From NCBI GenBank assembly GCA_035480055.1, contig DATIIB010000006.1, positions 9,209 to 73,208 on the forward strand: a stretch of 64,000 nucleotides of DNA, given 5' to 3'. Every line of letters begins with the position of its first letter. Positions within the stretch are counted from its first letter, which is position 1. Source of the DNA: Candidatus Saccharimonadales bacterium (GTDB taxonomy: Bacteria; Patescibacteriota; Saccharimonadia; Saccharimonadales; DASZAF01). Below are positions 34,838 to 43,584 of this stretch, piece after piece. Both the position numbers and the translations under genes were made by a program. Below the pieces are notes generated by a model. The model made no database searches and had not been told where the DNA came from. It saw nothing but the letters and a program-made list of their open reading frames with translations.

Positions 34838-36040
34838 ATGCCTTATCAACAAAGACGAACTTTTCGCCCTGGGCGCGGCGCGTCCCAGCGCTCATTCCAC
34901 TCTAAGCCAGCTCGGCGTGGTGGAAACACTAAACAATACATTAACCCTGCCAAATTTGTGCAAGCAGCTCGACAGGTAGAGGTTGAAGAATACGTGCCAA
35001 CGAATTCGTTTAGCGACTTTGCCATGCACGATTTGCTGCGGACTAACCTTGTGACTAAGGGCTTCAATGCTCCATCTCCAATTCAGGACCAAGCGATTCC
35101 GCACGGTCTGGAAGGTAAAGATTTGGTGGGTATTGCAAACACCGGTACAGGTAAGACTTTGGCATTTGCCATTCCGCTACTTGACCGTTTGCTGAACGAC
35201 AAGCAGAGCCGAGCGCTGATTATGGCGCCAACTCGCGAGCTTGCGCAGCAGATCGAAGACGAATGCCGTTGGCTCGCAAAAACCAGTGGCCTGTACGGCG
35301 CGCTGCTGATTGGTGGCACCCCTATGGGTCCGCAGCTGCGTGACCTTCGTTCAAATCCGCAGATTGTGATTGGTACGCCTGGTCGTATTAAAGATCACAT
35401 GGAACGCGGCACCCTGAATGTCTCAAAGTTCAACATGGTTGTTCTGGACGAGGTTGACCGGATGCTCGACATGGGATTCATCAACGATATGCGCACCATT
35501 TTGTCGCAACTGGCAAGTGATCGCCAATCGTTCTTTTTCTCAGCCACACTGGACAGCAAAGTAAAGACTTTGGTAGACAGCTTTGTGCACGAACCGGTGA
35601 CGGTTTCGGTCAAGACCGGCGACACTAGTGCGAACGTTGAACAAAACGTGGTTACCTATGTGTCCAAAGAATCAAAGCTGGAAAAACTTCACGACCTGCT
35701 GATTCAAGAAGGCGTTTCCAAAGCGCTCGTCTTTGACGAAACACAGCGCAGCGTGGAACGTCTCAGCAATGAACTGTTGTCTCGTGGCTTCAAGGTTGAT
35801 GCCATTCACGGCGGTAAAAGTCAGGGTGCTCGCCAGAAAGCGCTTCACCGCTTTAAGCGAAGCGAGATCGATATTCTGGTAGCAACTGACGTTGCTGCTC
35901 GTGGTATTGATGTTGCTGACATCACACACGTGATCAACTACACCACGCCACAAACCTACGAAGACTACGTGCACCGCGTGGGTCGTGCCGGCCGCGCTGG
36001 CCGACCAGGCAACGCGCTGACGTTTATTGAAAAATACTAA
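34838..36040 (+). CDS. DEAD-box ATP-dependent RNA helicase
   Basis: Q motif, AxTGTGKT (ANTGTGKT), PTRELA, DEVD, SAT, HRVGRAGRAGR. Confidence 0.95.
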   Translation: MPYQQRRTFRPGRGASQRSFHSKPARRGGNTKQYINPAKFVQAARQVEVEEYVPTNSFSDFAMHDLLRTNLVTKGFNAPSPIQDQAIPHGLEGKDLVGIANTGTGKTLAFAIPLLDRLLNDKQSRALIMAPTRELAQQIEDECRWLAKTSGLYGALLIGGTPMGPQLRDLRSNPQIVIGTPGRIKDHMERGTLNVSKFNMVVLDEVDRMLDMGFINDMRTILSQLASDRQSFFFSATLDSKVKTLVDSFVHEPVTVSVKTGDTSANVEQNVVTYVSKESKLEKLHDLLIQEGVSKALVFDETQRSVERLSNELLSRGFKVDAIHGGKSQGARQKALHRFKRSEIDILVATDVAARGIDVADITHVINYTTPQTYEDYVHRVGRAGRAGRPGNALTFIEKY

Positions 36041-36065
36041 GCGTCACATTGTCAGACTCTATAAA

Positions 36066-36091
36066 ACTCCCGCTTCACGGCGGGAGTTTTT
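36066..36091. terminator. bidirectional intrinsic terminator between convergent genes
   Basis: ACTCCCGC-ttcacg-GCGGGAGT flanked by AAAA / TTTTT. Confidence 0.8.
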
Positions 36092-36096
36092 GTGTG

Positions 36097-37068
36097 TTAG
36101 CGGCGCCAGAGTAATCTTCCCAAACGGAACAGTTTGAGGAACTCCTGCTGCTCTCCCAACCAAAAGCTGCTGACCATCAATGTCACCACACCGTAAGCCG
36201 GCCAGGCCGCCCATAAGTAGTGGCTGAGGTTGTTGACTATGTTTGGAGGAAGCACTTGAAGGGCGCCTGCGAGAGGTACTTGCTTCACCGGAGCAACTAA
36301 CTGCAGTGAAGTACTCACGCCACGTGAATCAGTTGCCCGAACGATCGGCTGATAGATTCCCGAAAGACGGTAGGCGTGGTGAATCTCAAAAAGTGCGCCA
36401 TCAGGGCGATCAATCGTGGTCTCTTGGGAATCACCCCATTCGGTGCTGACTTTGTAGGGTGGCTTGCCGCCACTCACCTGTAAGTCCCACGGCCAATCTT
36501 CGCCCGGAAAGCGGGAACGATACTTATAATCAGCATGTAGCTCGAGCGGTCCATAGCCAGGCTCGTCTTTGGTTTGTGTCGCTGTTTCTTCGGCCGGGGT
36601 CGCAGTCACGGGAAGATCAAAAAAGACAGTAACCGGTGGAGAAACCGGCCCTTCACTGTCTGTAATATTAAACACTCTTACTTGTAGAACGTTGGCCCCG
36701 AGAGTAAGAGTGACCGTAATCGAAAACATTTGGTTTACGCACTGGGCAACGCCGCTCAAATTGTCGTTTTGGTAGAGCTTCACATACGAATTGTCTGGGC
36801 AGGTTCCACTCACGATCATTTCAGCGGTCTGGACGTGCTGTTGATCTTGCAGAGAAGTAATCACCGCTGGTGTGGTCAGCGCGTCAGCCGGGACGGTTGC
36901 GTTTACCTGCAAGGTTTCGGCGCGCCCTTTTAAAGTGGTCATTAGGAGGCACACGCCAAGAGCCAACAAAAATAGAATGCTCAATGGGTGCAGCGCAATT
37001 TTTTTATGAAGCGGTCGGGCGCGATGTTTTACGGAGACCCGCCGAAGTTTTTTCGTGTTTGTTTTCAA
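36097..37068 (-). CDS. hypothetical envelope protein with N- and C-terminal TM segments and Ig/PKD-like middle domain
   Basis: TM LSILFLLALGVCLLM; PKD-like VSTEWGDSQETTIDRPDGALFEIHHAYRLSGIYQPIVRATD; C-terminal hydrophobic AAWPAYGVVTLMVSSFW. Confidence 0.55.
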   Translation of the reverse strand: MKTNTKKLRRVSVKHRARPLHKKIALHPLSILFLLALGVCLLMTTLKGRAETLQVNATVPADALTTPAVITSLQDQQHVQTAEMIVSGTCPDNSYVKLYQNDNLSGVAQCVNQMFSITVTLTLGANVLQVRVFNITDSEGPVSPPVTVFFDLPVTATPAEETATQTKDEPGYGPLELHADYKYRSRFPGEDWPWDLQVSGGKPPYKVSTEWGDSQETTIDRPDGALFEIHHAYRLSGIYQPIVRATDSRGVSTSLQLVAPVKQVPLAGALQVLPPNIVNNLSHYLWAAWPAYGVVTLMVSSFWLGEQQEFLKLFRLGRLLWRR

Positions 37069-37169
37069 GGTGATATCAGCTTGTCTACTCTGTTGATAGT
37101 ATCACGCTCACGAAAAGTGAACAACTGGGTATTGCGTTTATGGTAACTTGCGATTATGCTTATGGCATT

Positions 37170-38213
37170 ATGATCTCAAAACCAAAAATTATTAAACACC
37201 TTTCTTTGTTGCGGCTTGCAGTACTCTCCGTATTACTGCTTTCGTCAGTATTTATCGCGAGCCGTCCGGCAGCTGCTGCGGACCTTACTCAAGCCTCGGT
37301 GCGCTTTGACCGCATGGCTACCAGCACTCCAACAACCGGCACAGTGTGCGCCAAGCCAACTACGGCTGCTACAGAAGCAGATGTGCAGGTCACTTTTCCG
37401 ACCGGCTATACGCTGGGAACCGCCGCCAACTTTACGGTCAGCACCACCAACCTGGCGTGGCCAACTGGTGGTACCGCGTGGATAAGTATCGCCACTGCCA
37501 CGAACGTCACTGGACAGGTCGTAACCTTCCCGAGTGGTGACCTAGTTGTCGGTACGTTATATTGTTTCAACTGGACGAACACTGCCGCAGTTACAGTAAA
37601 GTCCAGCGCGACTAGCTCTAACACCGGTACTATTACTACGCGAACAAGCGTTCCAGCGACTATCGACAGTTCAGGCTTTAGCACTGCAAGTGTCAGTAAC
37701 GACCAGATTGCCGTGAGCGCAACCGTACCTTCTACCTTTTCCTTTGCATTAAGCGCTAACACCGATGCCTTGGGTACTCTGGGTACAGGTAGTGTGGTCA
37801 CAAGTCCAACCCCGCGTACCGCAACAGTCAGCACCAATGCCAAAAATGGCTGGATGGTGTGGGCTAAAGATGCAAATACAGGTCTGACTTCCACTACAGC
37901 TTCTGCGACGATTGCTTCCACAACTCCGGGTTCCAACAGTACGCTTAGCGCAGGTACGGCCGGGTATAATACCGGAATCACAACCACGCAGGTTGGAGGC
38001 TCGGGCACGATCACCGTTGCTGCGCCATTTGTCGGCACAAGTACTGGGCAAGGTGGCGGACTTGATACCGGTCTGCGTAGTCTGGTGTCCTCCACCGGTA
38101 CTGCTGATACAGCCGTCCTGACCATCAAGAACAATGTTGCCATTAACGCTACTACCGCTGCTGCCTCTGACTACAGCGATACCATCACGATCATTGGCGC
38201 CGGGCTGTTCTAA
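37170..38213 (+). CDS. secreted T/S/A/G-rich beta protein, WxL-like C-terminal domain (paralog of 45073..45636)
   Basis: Signal peptide ...IASRPAAAAD; TVSTNAKNGWMVWAKD...SATIASTT...SAGTAGYNTG aligns with VTSTDVVGYMLYAHT...SATIPASS...SVGTWGYNTAG of the 187-aa protein; start 37140 also possible. Confidence 0.6.
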   Translation: MISKPKIIKHLSLLRLAVLSVLLLSSVFIASRPAAAADLTQASVRFDRMATSTPTTGTVCAKPTTAATEADVQVTFPTGYTLGTAANFTVSTTNLAWPTGGTAWISIATATNVTGQVVTFPSGDLVVGTLYCFNWTNTAAVTVKSSATSSNTGTITTRTSVPATIDSSGFSTASVSNDQIAVSATVPSTFSFALSANTDALGTLGTGSVVTSPTPRTATVSTNAKNGWMVWAKDANTGLTSTTASATIASTTPGSNSTLSAGTAGYNTGITTTQVGGSGTITVAAPFVGTSTGQGGGLDTGLRSLVSSTGTADTAVLTIKNNVAINATTAAASDYSDTITIIGAGLF

Positions 38214-38215
38214 GA

Positions 38216-38221
38216 TATACT
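38216..38221 (+). promoter_or_regulatory. -10 hexamer TATACT 6 nt before ATG 38228 (leaderless internal start)
   Basis: TATACTaataacATG. Confidence 0.4.
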
Positions 38222-38227
38222 AATAAC

Positions 38228-39280
38228 ATGCAACATAGAATTAAAAGGTTCAGCATTGCTGTCGTCCTTGGAGTGGCCTGCGCGGGCTTGATCGCCACAG
38301 CACTTCCTCGCACCGCAATTGCAGCGGATGACAGTGGTGAGTTTAACTTACAGGTATCTCCGGCCGCTCTTGTAGGATTGGTCAAGCCGGGTCAAAAAAC
38401 CACACTTCCTGTAAAGATTCGCAACATGGGCCCGAGCGCTGAGGTCCTGCGGATCGCGCCGCGGAGTTTTACCTTTGATAGCAAAACTCAGAAGCTTCAC
38501 CTTGAAGATACTCAGCAACCAGCTATCGCCCCCTGGATAAGCTTTAGTGCTCCCACCTTTACCATCAAGCCTGGCGAGTGGTTTACGCAAAATGTGACTT
38601 TGAATGTCCCTAAAGATGCTGGCTTTAGCTACTCGTTTGCCTTGGTGATGAACCGTGTGGACACCACCAAAGATCAAGCCCAGGGCGGACGAGTCCTTAA
38701 GGGCTCAGTGGCATTATTTACGCTGGTGAATGTCGATCGGCCTGGTGCGGTCAGAAAACTGGATCTCGATAGTTTTACCAGCTCAAAAAAAGTGTATGAA
38801 CATTTGCCCACGCATTTTAAATTGGCACTTAAAAACACCGGCAACACCATTGTCCAACCAGCTGGAAATGTGTTCATTCAGCGCCACTCGCATGATAAAA
38901 CCCCGATCGACACTCTTGAGGTCAATGCCAACCAAGGATTTATTTTGCCAGATACCACTCGAGATTTCGATCTCGATTGGGAAGATGGCTTTTATGTGAC
39001 CAAAACGACTACGGCTGATGATGGCTCAACCAAAAAAGGCACAGCCTGGAATTGGAACCACTTGGGGAACTTCCGCTTTGGACGGTACACAGCCAAACTG
39101 GTGGCGGTCTATAACGATGGGCACCGTGATGTGCCTCTTGAAGGCGAAGTTACTTTTTGGGTGATCCCATGGAAGATTTTGCTAGGTGTACTGGTTGTTG
39201 TGTTGCTGATTGGTTTTGGGATTTGGTCTGTGGTCAGCAAGTCAATTCGCTTTGGCAAACGCATCAAACGACGACGATAA
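38228..39280 (+). CDS. DUF916/DUF3324-like cell-surface protein with C-terminal TM anchor (paralog of 44193..45104)
   Basis: Signal peptide; FNLQVSP...VKPGQKTTLPVKIRNMG...; C-terminal ILLGVLVVVLLIGFGIW + KRIKRRR; same architecture as WxL-cluster CscA-type proteins (from memory). Confidence 0.55.
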   Translation: MQHRIKRFSIAVVLGVACAGLIATALPRTAIAADDSGEFNLQVSPAALVGLVKPGQKTTLPVKIRNMGPSAEVLRIAPRSFTFDSKTQKLHLEDTQQPAIAPWISFSAPTFTIKPGEWFTQNVTLNVPKDAGFSYSFALVMNRVDTTKDQAQGGRVLKGSVALFTLVNVDRPGAVRKLDLDSFTSSKKVYEHLPTHFKLALKNTGNTIVQPAGNVFIQRHSHDKTPIDTLEVNANQGFILPDTTRDFDLDWEDGFYVTKTTTADDGSTKKGTAWNWNHLGNFRFGRYTAKLVAVYNDGHRDVPLEGEVTFWVIPWKILLGVLVVVLLIGFGIWSVVSKSIRFGKRIKRRR

Positions 39281-39356
39281 TAAAACCTGTCGTATCTTTG
39301 AACCATAAGCGCATTCTTGCTATACTGTAGTCTAAGGCAACGTAGGTGTTGAGGGT

Positions 39357-39557
39357 ATGAGCAGCGATATTCATAAGCAATTGTTGGCAAAGAAAATGTC
39401 ACGCAAGGAGTTTTTGCAGCTCGCAGGAGGCTCAGCTTTTGTGCTATTTGGGCTGAGCAATTTTCTGCCTCTCTTTCGCCATTATTCCAAAACGCAACCC
39501 AAAGCCCATAAAGCTACGGCCGACAACAACTTTGGCACACGAAAGTTCGGAGTTTAG
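39357..39557 (+). CDS. small protein with Tat-like/anchor N-terminus (66 aa)
   Basis: MSRKEFLQLAGGSAFVLFGLSNFL resembles a twin-arginine leader with RK instead of RR; GAGGG SD. Confidence 0.45.
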   Translation: MSSDIHKQLLAKKMSRKEFLQLAGGSAFVLFGLSNFLPLFRHYSKTQPKAHKATADNNFGTRKFGV

Positions 39558-39560
39558 CCA

Positions 39561-40262
39561 ATGACCGTGCAGCGCCTCCCAATCGTCAACAGCGACGATG
39601 GGATCTGGGGAGATATTATCCGCCAGTATCTCATGAAAGAGCACTACAACGACGACACCGACAATGCGGTTAATGGTGGCCACAAAACAGTTACGATTCG
39701 AGCAGGAACGGCCACGGCAGGGACAGCTCCACTGAAGTTTACCTCTGGCACATTGCTAACCGCTACCGAAGCTGGCGCTGTAGAGTTCAACACCGATTCG
39801 CTCTACTTTACCATCACCACTGGCACGGTGCGCAAAAAGGTGGCGATTTATGATGATTCCTCGGGCGCGACAGGGGATTTGTACTATCGAGACTCTTCTG
39901 GCAACTTTGTGCGACTCGGTATTGGCGGCAGCGGGAAGACGCTTCGCGTTTCGGGAGGTTTGCCTGCATGGAGCGATGCCACACTAGCCACGAGTACCAA
40001 GACAAGCAACTATACAGTCAGCACAACTGATACGATTGTTTTTGCCAACGCCACCACTGGTAACGTGACCATTAGTTTGCCCACCGCTTCTTCTAATGCC
40101 GGGTATCGCTTTTATATTAAACGCATCGACAGTTCGGGCAACACCTGTTCGGTGGCTCGTACTGGCACCGATACCATTGACGGCGCAACGAGCATATCGC
40201 TCGACATACAATATATGTCGCTCACAGTCGCCTCGGATGGGAGCGCATGGTATATAATTTAG
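39561..40262 (+). CDS. tail-fibre-like protein (no signal peptide)
   Basis: N-terminus RLPIVNSDDGIWGDIIRQYL (shared with 27513 gene); APLKFTSGTLLTATEAGAVEFNTDSLYFT and C-terminal ...ITISLPTASSNAGYRFYIKRID...VASDGSAWYII typical of phage fibre-like proteins (from memory). Confidence 0.55.
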   Translation: MTVQRLPIVNSDDGIWGDIIRQYLMKEHYNDDTDNAVNGGHKTVTIRAGTATAGTAPLKFTSGTLLTATEAGAVEFNTDSLYFTITTGTVRKKVAIYDDSSGATGDLYYRDSSGNFVRLGIGGSGKTLRVSGGLPAWSDATLATSTKTSNYTVSTTDTIVFANATTGNVTISLPTASSNAGYRFYIKRIDSSGNTCSVARTGTDTIDGATSISLDIQYMSLTVASDGSAWYII

Positions 40263-40269
40263 GGAGCTT

Positions 40270-41775
40270 ATGACATACTTACCTCCTGCGAACGGTGGGC
40301 GAATTAACGCCACTATCTCTGGCAATACTGCGGGAGCTGGTGCGTTGGTTTCTACGGGTACGCTCACCCTCGCCGGTGGCAACAACATCACCCTCAGCCA
40401 AAACGGCAACGCAGTCACGATTTCTGGTGGCGCTGGTGGCGCAGCTGGTTCAAACACCTTAGGCATGAGCAACATTGGGAACACGTCGGGCACCACCGGT
40501 GTTATTTCGGGTAGTGCCCTGCAGTTTGCCTTTGCTGGGGGTAACAACGTGACGCTGTCGCAGAGCATTAATGCTTCTTCGGCGACCATCACGATCTCTG
40601 GGGCAAGCCAAACCGTCCAAACTCAGAGTCGGTTCAACTTGACTCTATCTGGAAATACCAGCGGGGTAATGGCTCAAGTGAGTTCGGGCGTGCTGACGCT
40701 TGCGGGCGGCAATAACCTTACTTTGTCGCAAAACGGCAATGCCGTGACTTTGTCGGCAGCAAGTCAAACCGTGCAGACTCAGAACTTGCATAACGTCACC
40801 CTGGCAGGTAACTCGACGAGTGCTGGCGCTGGGTACATTCAGGTATCGTCAGGTACGCTCACCCTCGCCGGTGGCAACAACATCACCCTCAGCCAAAACG
40901 GCAACGCCATCACGATTTCTGGCGGCGCTGGTGGAGCGGGCGGCGGTGTTGCGCTGGCTAATTCTCAGGCTACGTATTCATCGGGCACTGTTAACTTGCT
41001 GGAAGGCGGCGGTGCAATTACGATTGCCACAAGTGCAGGCGGACAATCCTTTAACCTCTCAGTACCACAAACCTCTAGCCTCTCGGCAACTGGCATTGTG
41101 AGTATTGTTACTAATGGCGGCACAATCAGCATTGGGGCGCAGGGCGCCGGAGAGACTGTCTCTCGTTTTGTGTATCCTAGTGAGTATCTTCCGCTTAACA
41201 CCATCGGTGCGGGTAACAACTCAGTCAGCTTTAACTATGTCAGTGTAGACCAAGATGTTTCGGGTAGTCAGTTCCGAGCGCTTATGTCGGTATCGGCCAA
41301 CACGCACACCTCAGCTTCTACTAATACCTATGGACTCACTGCAGAGGTTGGAGTGTACACGCGCAACGCCTCAACCATTAGTAAGATGTCGAGTGGCTCA
41401 CAGACCTGGTCAGGAACGTATTCCACCAACAGCACTGCTTCGGTACAGGGTATCCGAGAGCTCACTATTCCAGTCAACGCTGCGCTGTCAGCAGGAGAAT
41501 ATTGGTTTGGATTGAGAATCTCGTCGTCCAGCGTCAATGCTTCGGTCGGCTATTCACAATTCGTTGCTTCTAACCAGCAGACTGCTCACTTTAACCCCGC
41601 CCGATTCGGTGCCGCTGCTAATACGACGCAGCTGCTCTACCCATGGCATGGGTTGTATTCCACCACTACTGGCGCATTGCCGGCGAGCGTTACGCTTAAC
41701 GATGTGCAGGGGACAGGTACTAAGGGTTCGGCCGCTATGTACTGGTTTGACCTTCGCAACTATACCGTCTTGTAG
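40270..41775 (+). CDS. beta-helix-like repeat protein (LTLAGGNNITLSQNGNAVTISG repeats)
   Basis: At least five copies of xLTLAGGNNxTLSQNGNAxTxSG; two copies nearly identical at DNA level; no signal peptide. Confidence 0.6.
   Translation: MTYLPPANGGRINATISGNTAGAGALVSTGTLTLAGGNNITLSQNGNAVTISGGAGGAAGSNTLGMSNIGNTSGTTGVISGSALQFAFAGGNNVTLSQSINASSATITISGASQTVQTQSRFNLTLSGNTSGVMAQVSSGVLTLAGGNNLTLSQNGNAVTLSAASQTVQTQNLHNVTLAGNSTSAGAGYIQVSSGTLTLAGGNNITLSQNGNAITISGGAGGAGGGVALANSQATYSSGTVNLLEGGGAITIATSAGGQSFNLSVPQTSSLSATGIVSIVTNGGTISIGAQGAGETVSRFVYPSEYLPLNTIGAGNNSVSFNYVSVDQDVSGSQFRALMSVSANTHTSASTNTYGLTAEVGVYTRNASTISKMSSGSQTWSGTYSTNSTASVQGIRELTIPVNAALSAGEYWFGLRISSSSVNASVGYSQFVASNQQTAHFNPARFGAAANTTQLLYPWHGLYSTTTGALPASVTLNDVQGTGTKGSAAMYWFDLRNYTVL
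40357..40439 (+). repeat. intragenic direct repeat copy A (83 nt, 56 nt identical run)
   Basis: ggtacgctcaccctcgccggtggcaacaacatcaccctcagccaaaacggcaacgc identical to 40852-40907. Confidence 0.85.
40852..40934 (+). repeat. intragenic direct repeat copy B
   Basis: 3 mismatches over 83 nt versus 40357-40439; offset 495 nt (165 codons). Confidence 0.85.
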
Positions 41776-41836
41776 CGCATATCGCACCCATTGCGGAGCG
41801 GGCTATAATGGATGATAGCTAAGAGGCATAACCGTC

Positions 41837-42787
41837 ATGGCAATTGCATTTGATGCAGTAGGACCAAGCTCGGCTGGAACAGGCACCGCAAACACCACCA
41901 GTATTACCTGGAACCATACTTGTACGGGCAGCAATCTTTTGTTAGTGGTAGGTGTAGGTGTTGGCTCAGGGCTTGCGACAACCACTACCTCGGTGACTTA
42001 TAATAGCGTTTCCATGACCTCCGCTGGTAAGGTGTATTCTGACAACCAAACTGACGGCTATGTTGAACTTTTTTATCTTGCTGGACCTGCGACTGGCTCG
42101 AATGCAGTTGTCGTGACCTGTAGTGTCGCCAAAGATTTGACCGGCGGTTCAATGAGCTTTACTGGTGTTGACCAAAGCACGCCAGTAACCAATGCAGTGA
42201 CTGCTTTTGGAACCGGAACTGCCCCGAGCGTGACCGTCACGAGCGCGAGTGGCAATGTGGTGATCGACGCGGCGGTAAGTGGTTCGGCATTTAGCAGTTC
42301 TGGACAGACGCTTAGATGGAACAAAAACCTCAATGTTACTTCTGGAGCTGGCAACAGTGCGCAGTCTACTGCAAACGGAGCGAGTTCGGTCACGATGTCG
42401 TACACCACGCCAAGCGACTGGTGGGGCATAGTCGGCGCTAATATTGTGGCAGGCGCCACTTCGACTACTCCAAGCGTCACCACCCTCAGCGTGAGCGGTA
42501 TTGGGATTACTGATGCAACCGGTAATGGTTCGGTCGACTCAGATGGCGGCAGTACGATAACCGAACGAGGCGTGTGTTGGAGTACCTCGCTCAATCCAAC
42601 AACAGCCGACAGTACGGCAACGGCCGCGGGAACAACCGGCGCTTACTCGGCCTCAATAACGGGTCTTACTGCCAACGCCCTCTACCATGTCCGAGCCTAT
42701 GCGATCAATGACAACGGCACTGCGTATGGCAGCGACACCACTTTTACTACCGAGTACGGCGCCAACTTAGCATGGCTGAGCGTGTAA
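41837..42787 (+). CDS. hypothetical beta-rich protein with C-terminal FN3-like domain (no signal peptide)
   Basis: C-terminus ITERGVCWSTSLNPTTAD...YSASITGLTANALYHVRAYAINDNGTAYGSDTTFTT is a recurrent FN3-like module. Confidence 0.55.
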   Translation: MAIAFDAVGPSSAGTGTANTTSITWNHTCTGSNLLLVVGVGVGSGLATTTTSVTYNSVSMTSAGKVYSDNQTDGYVELFYLAGPATGSNAVVVTCSVAKDLTGGSMSFTGVDQSTPVTNAVTAFGTGTAPSVTVTSASGNVVIDAAVSGSAFSSSGQTLRWNKNLNVTSGAGNSAQSTANGASSVTMSYTTPSDWWGIVGANIVAGATSTTPSVTTLSVSGIGITDATGNGSVDSDGGSTITERGVCWSTSLNPTTADSTATAAGTTGAYSASITGLTANALYHVRAYAINDNGTAYGSDTTFTTEYGANLAWLSV

Positions 42788-42830
42788 CTCCCTTGATCGT
42801 CGCGACCGACCCCCCTCTGAGCGCCAGATG

Positions 42831-42839
42831 TGGTAAGAT
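42831..42839 (+). promoter_or_regulatory. TG-extended -10 (TGgTAAGAT) 9 nt before glycosyltransferase ATG
   Basis: TGgTAAGATgaagctactATG. Confidence 0.45.
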
Positions 42840-42848
42840 GAAGCTACT

Positions 42849-43574
42849 ATGGCTCAACCGACTATACTCGTCCCTGATGACGCGGGCATTCACAATGCCA
42901 GTGATTATGCCACGCGTCTTGAGAAAGAAAAAACCTACCGCGACCTCTCAACCATCATTGTCTGTCCCACGCGCGGCATGATTCCGGCTCGAATCGTTCA
43001 GAATTGGCAAGGTATGATCAAACCGATGAACCAAAAAGTGCTTGGACCGATCTTTATGGAAGGCATGGAAGTCGGCGAAGCTTACAATCAGGTGATCAAG
43101 ATGATTCTCGAGAATCCGGAGCTGAGCACATTCAAATTTATGCTGACGCTCGAAGAAGATAATGCTCCACCAGCTAACGGCTTGATCCAACTATATGAAT
43201 CTATCGATGAGTATGATGCGGTCGGCGGCCTGTATTGGACCAAAGGCGAGGCGGGCCAGCCAATGTGCTATGGTAATCCCGAGATGATGCCGCTCAATTT
43301 TATTCCGCAGATTCCAAAACCCGACACCGTCACCCCTTGCAACGGACTTGGTATGGGGTTCACGCTCTTTCGTATTGAAATGCTCAAAGACAAACGTTTT
43401 GAGTATGGCAATTGGTTCAAGACCAAACAAGAGATGATGCCCGGTGGGGGAGTGCAAGTGATGACGCAAGATTTGTGGTTTTTTCAGCACGCCAGGGAGT
43501 TGGGGTACAAATTTGCCTGCGACTCACGGGTCAAAGTCGGCCATTATGATGCAGCTAATCAGCTAATGTGGTAA
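42849..43574 (+). CDS. putative GT-A fold glycosyltransferase
   Basis: STIIVCPTRG...; acidic TLEEDNAPP (DxD-like) ; size and layout of small family-2-like GTs; assignment tentative. Confidence 0.5.
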   Translation: MAQPTILVPDDAGIHNASDYATRLEKEKTYRDLSTIIVCPTRGMIPARIVQNWQGMIKPMNQKVLGPIFMEGMEVGEAYNQVIKMILENPELSTFKFMLTLEEDNAPPANGLIQLYESIDEYDAVGGLYWTKGEAGQPMCYGNPEMMPLNFIPQIPKPDTVTPCNGLGMGFTLFRIEMLKDKRFEYGNWFKTKQEMMPGGGVQVMTQDLWFFQHARELGYKFACDSRVKVGHYDAANQLMW

Positions 43575-43584
43575 GGAGACCGAT

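Noticed and set aside
37406-38143. 245-aa minus-strand ORF (also 37749-38051, and 39984-40592, 40965-41219, 42073-42594)
   Set aside because: These are antisense shadow ORFs inside Thr/Ser/Ala/Gly-rich genes. They have Val/Pro/Ala-rich nonsense composition and no start context. They fully overlap better-supported + strand genes.
40357-40934. The two near-identical 83-nt repeats as template/variable regions of a diversity-generating retroelement
   Set aside because: No reverse transcriptase or accessory gene is nearby. The 3 mismatches (a/c, g/a, t/c) are not adenine-specific. Both copies lie in frame inside one repetitive gene. Simple intragenic duplication explains them.
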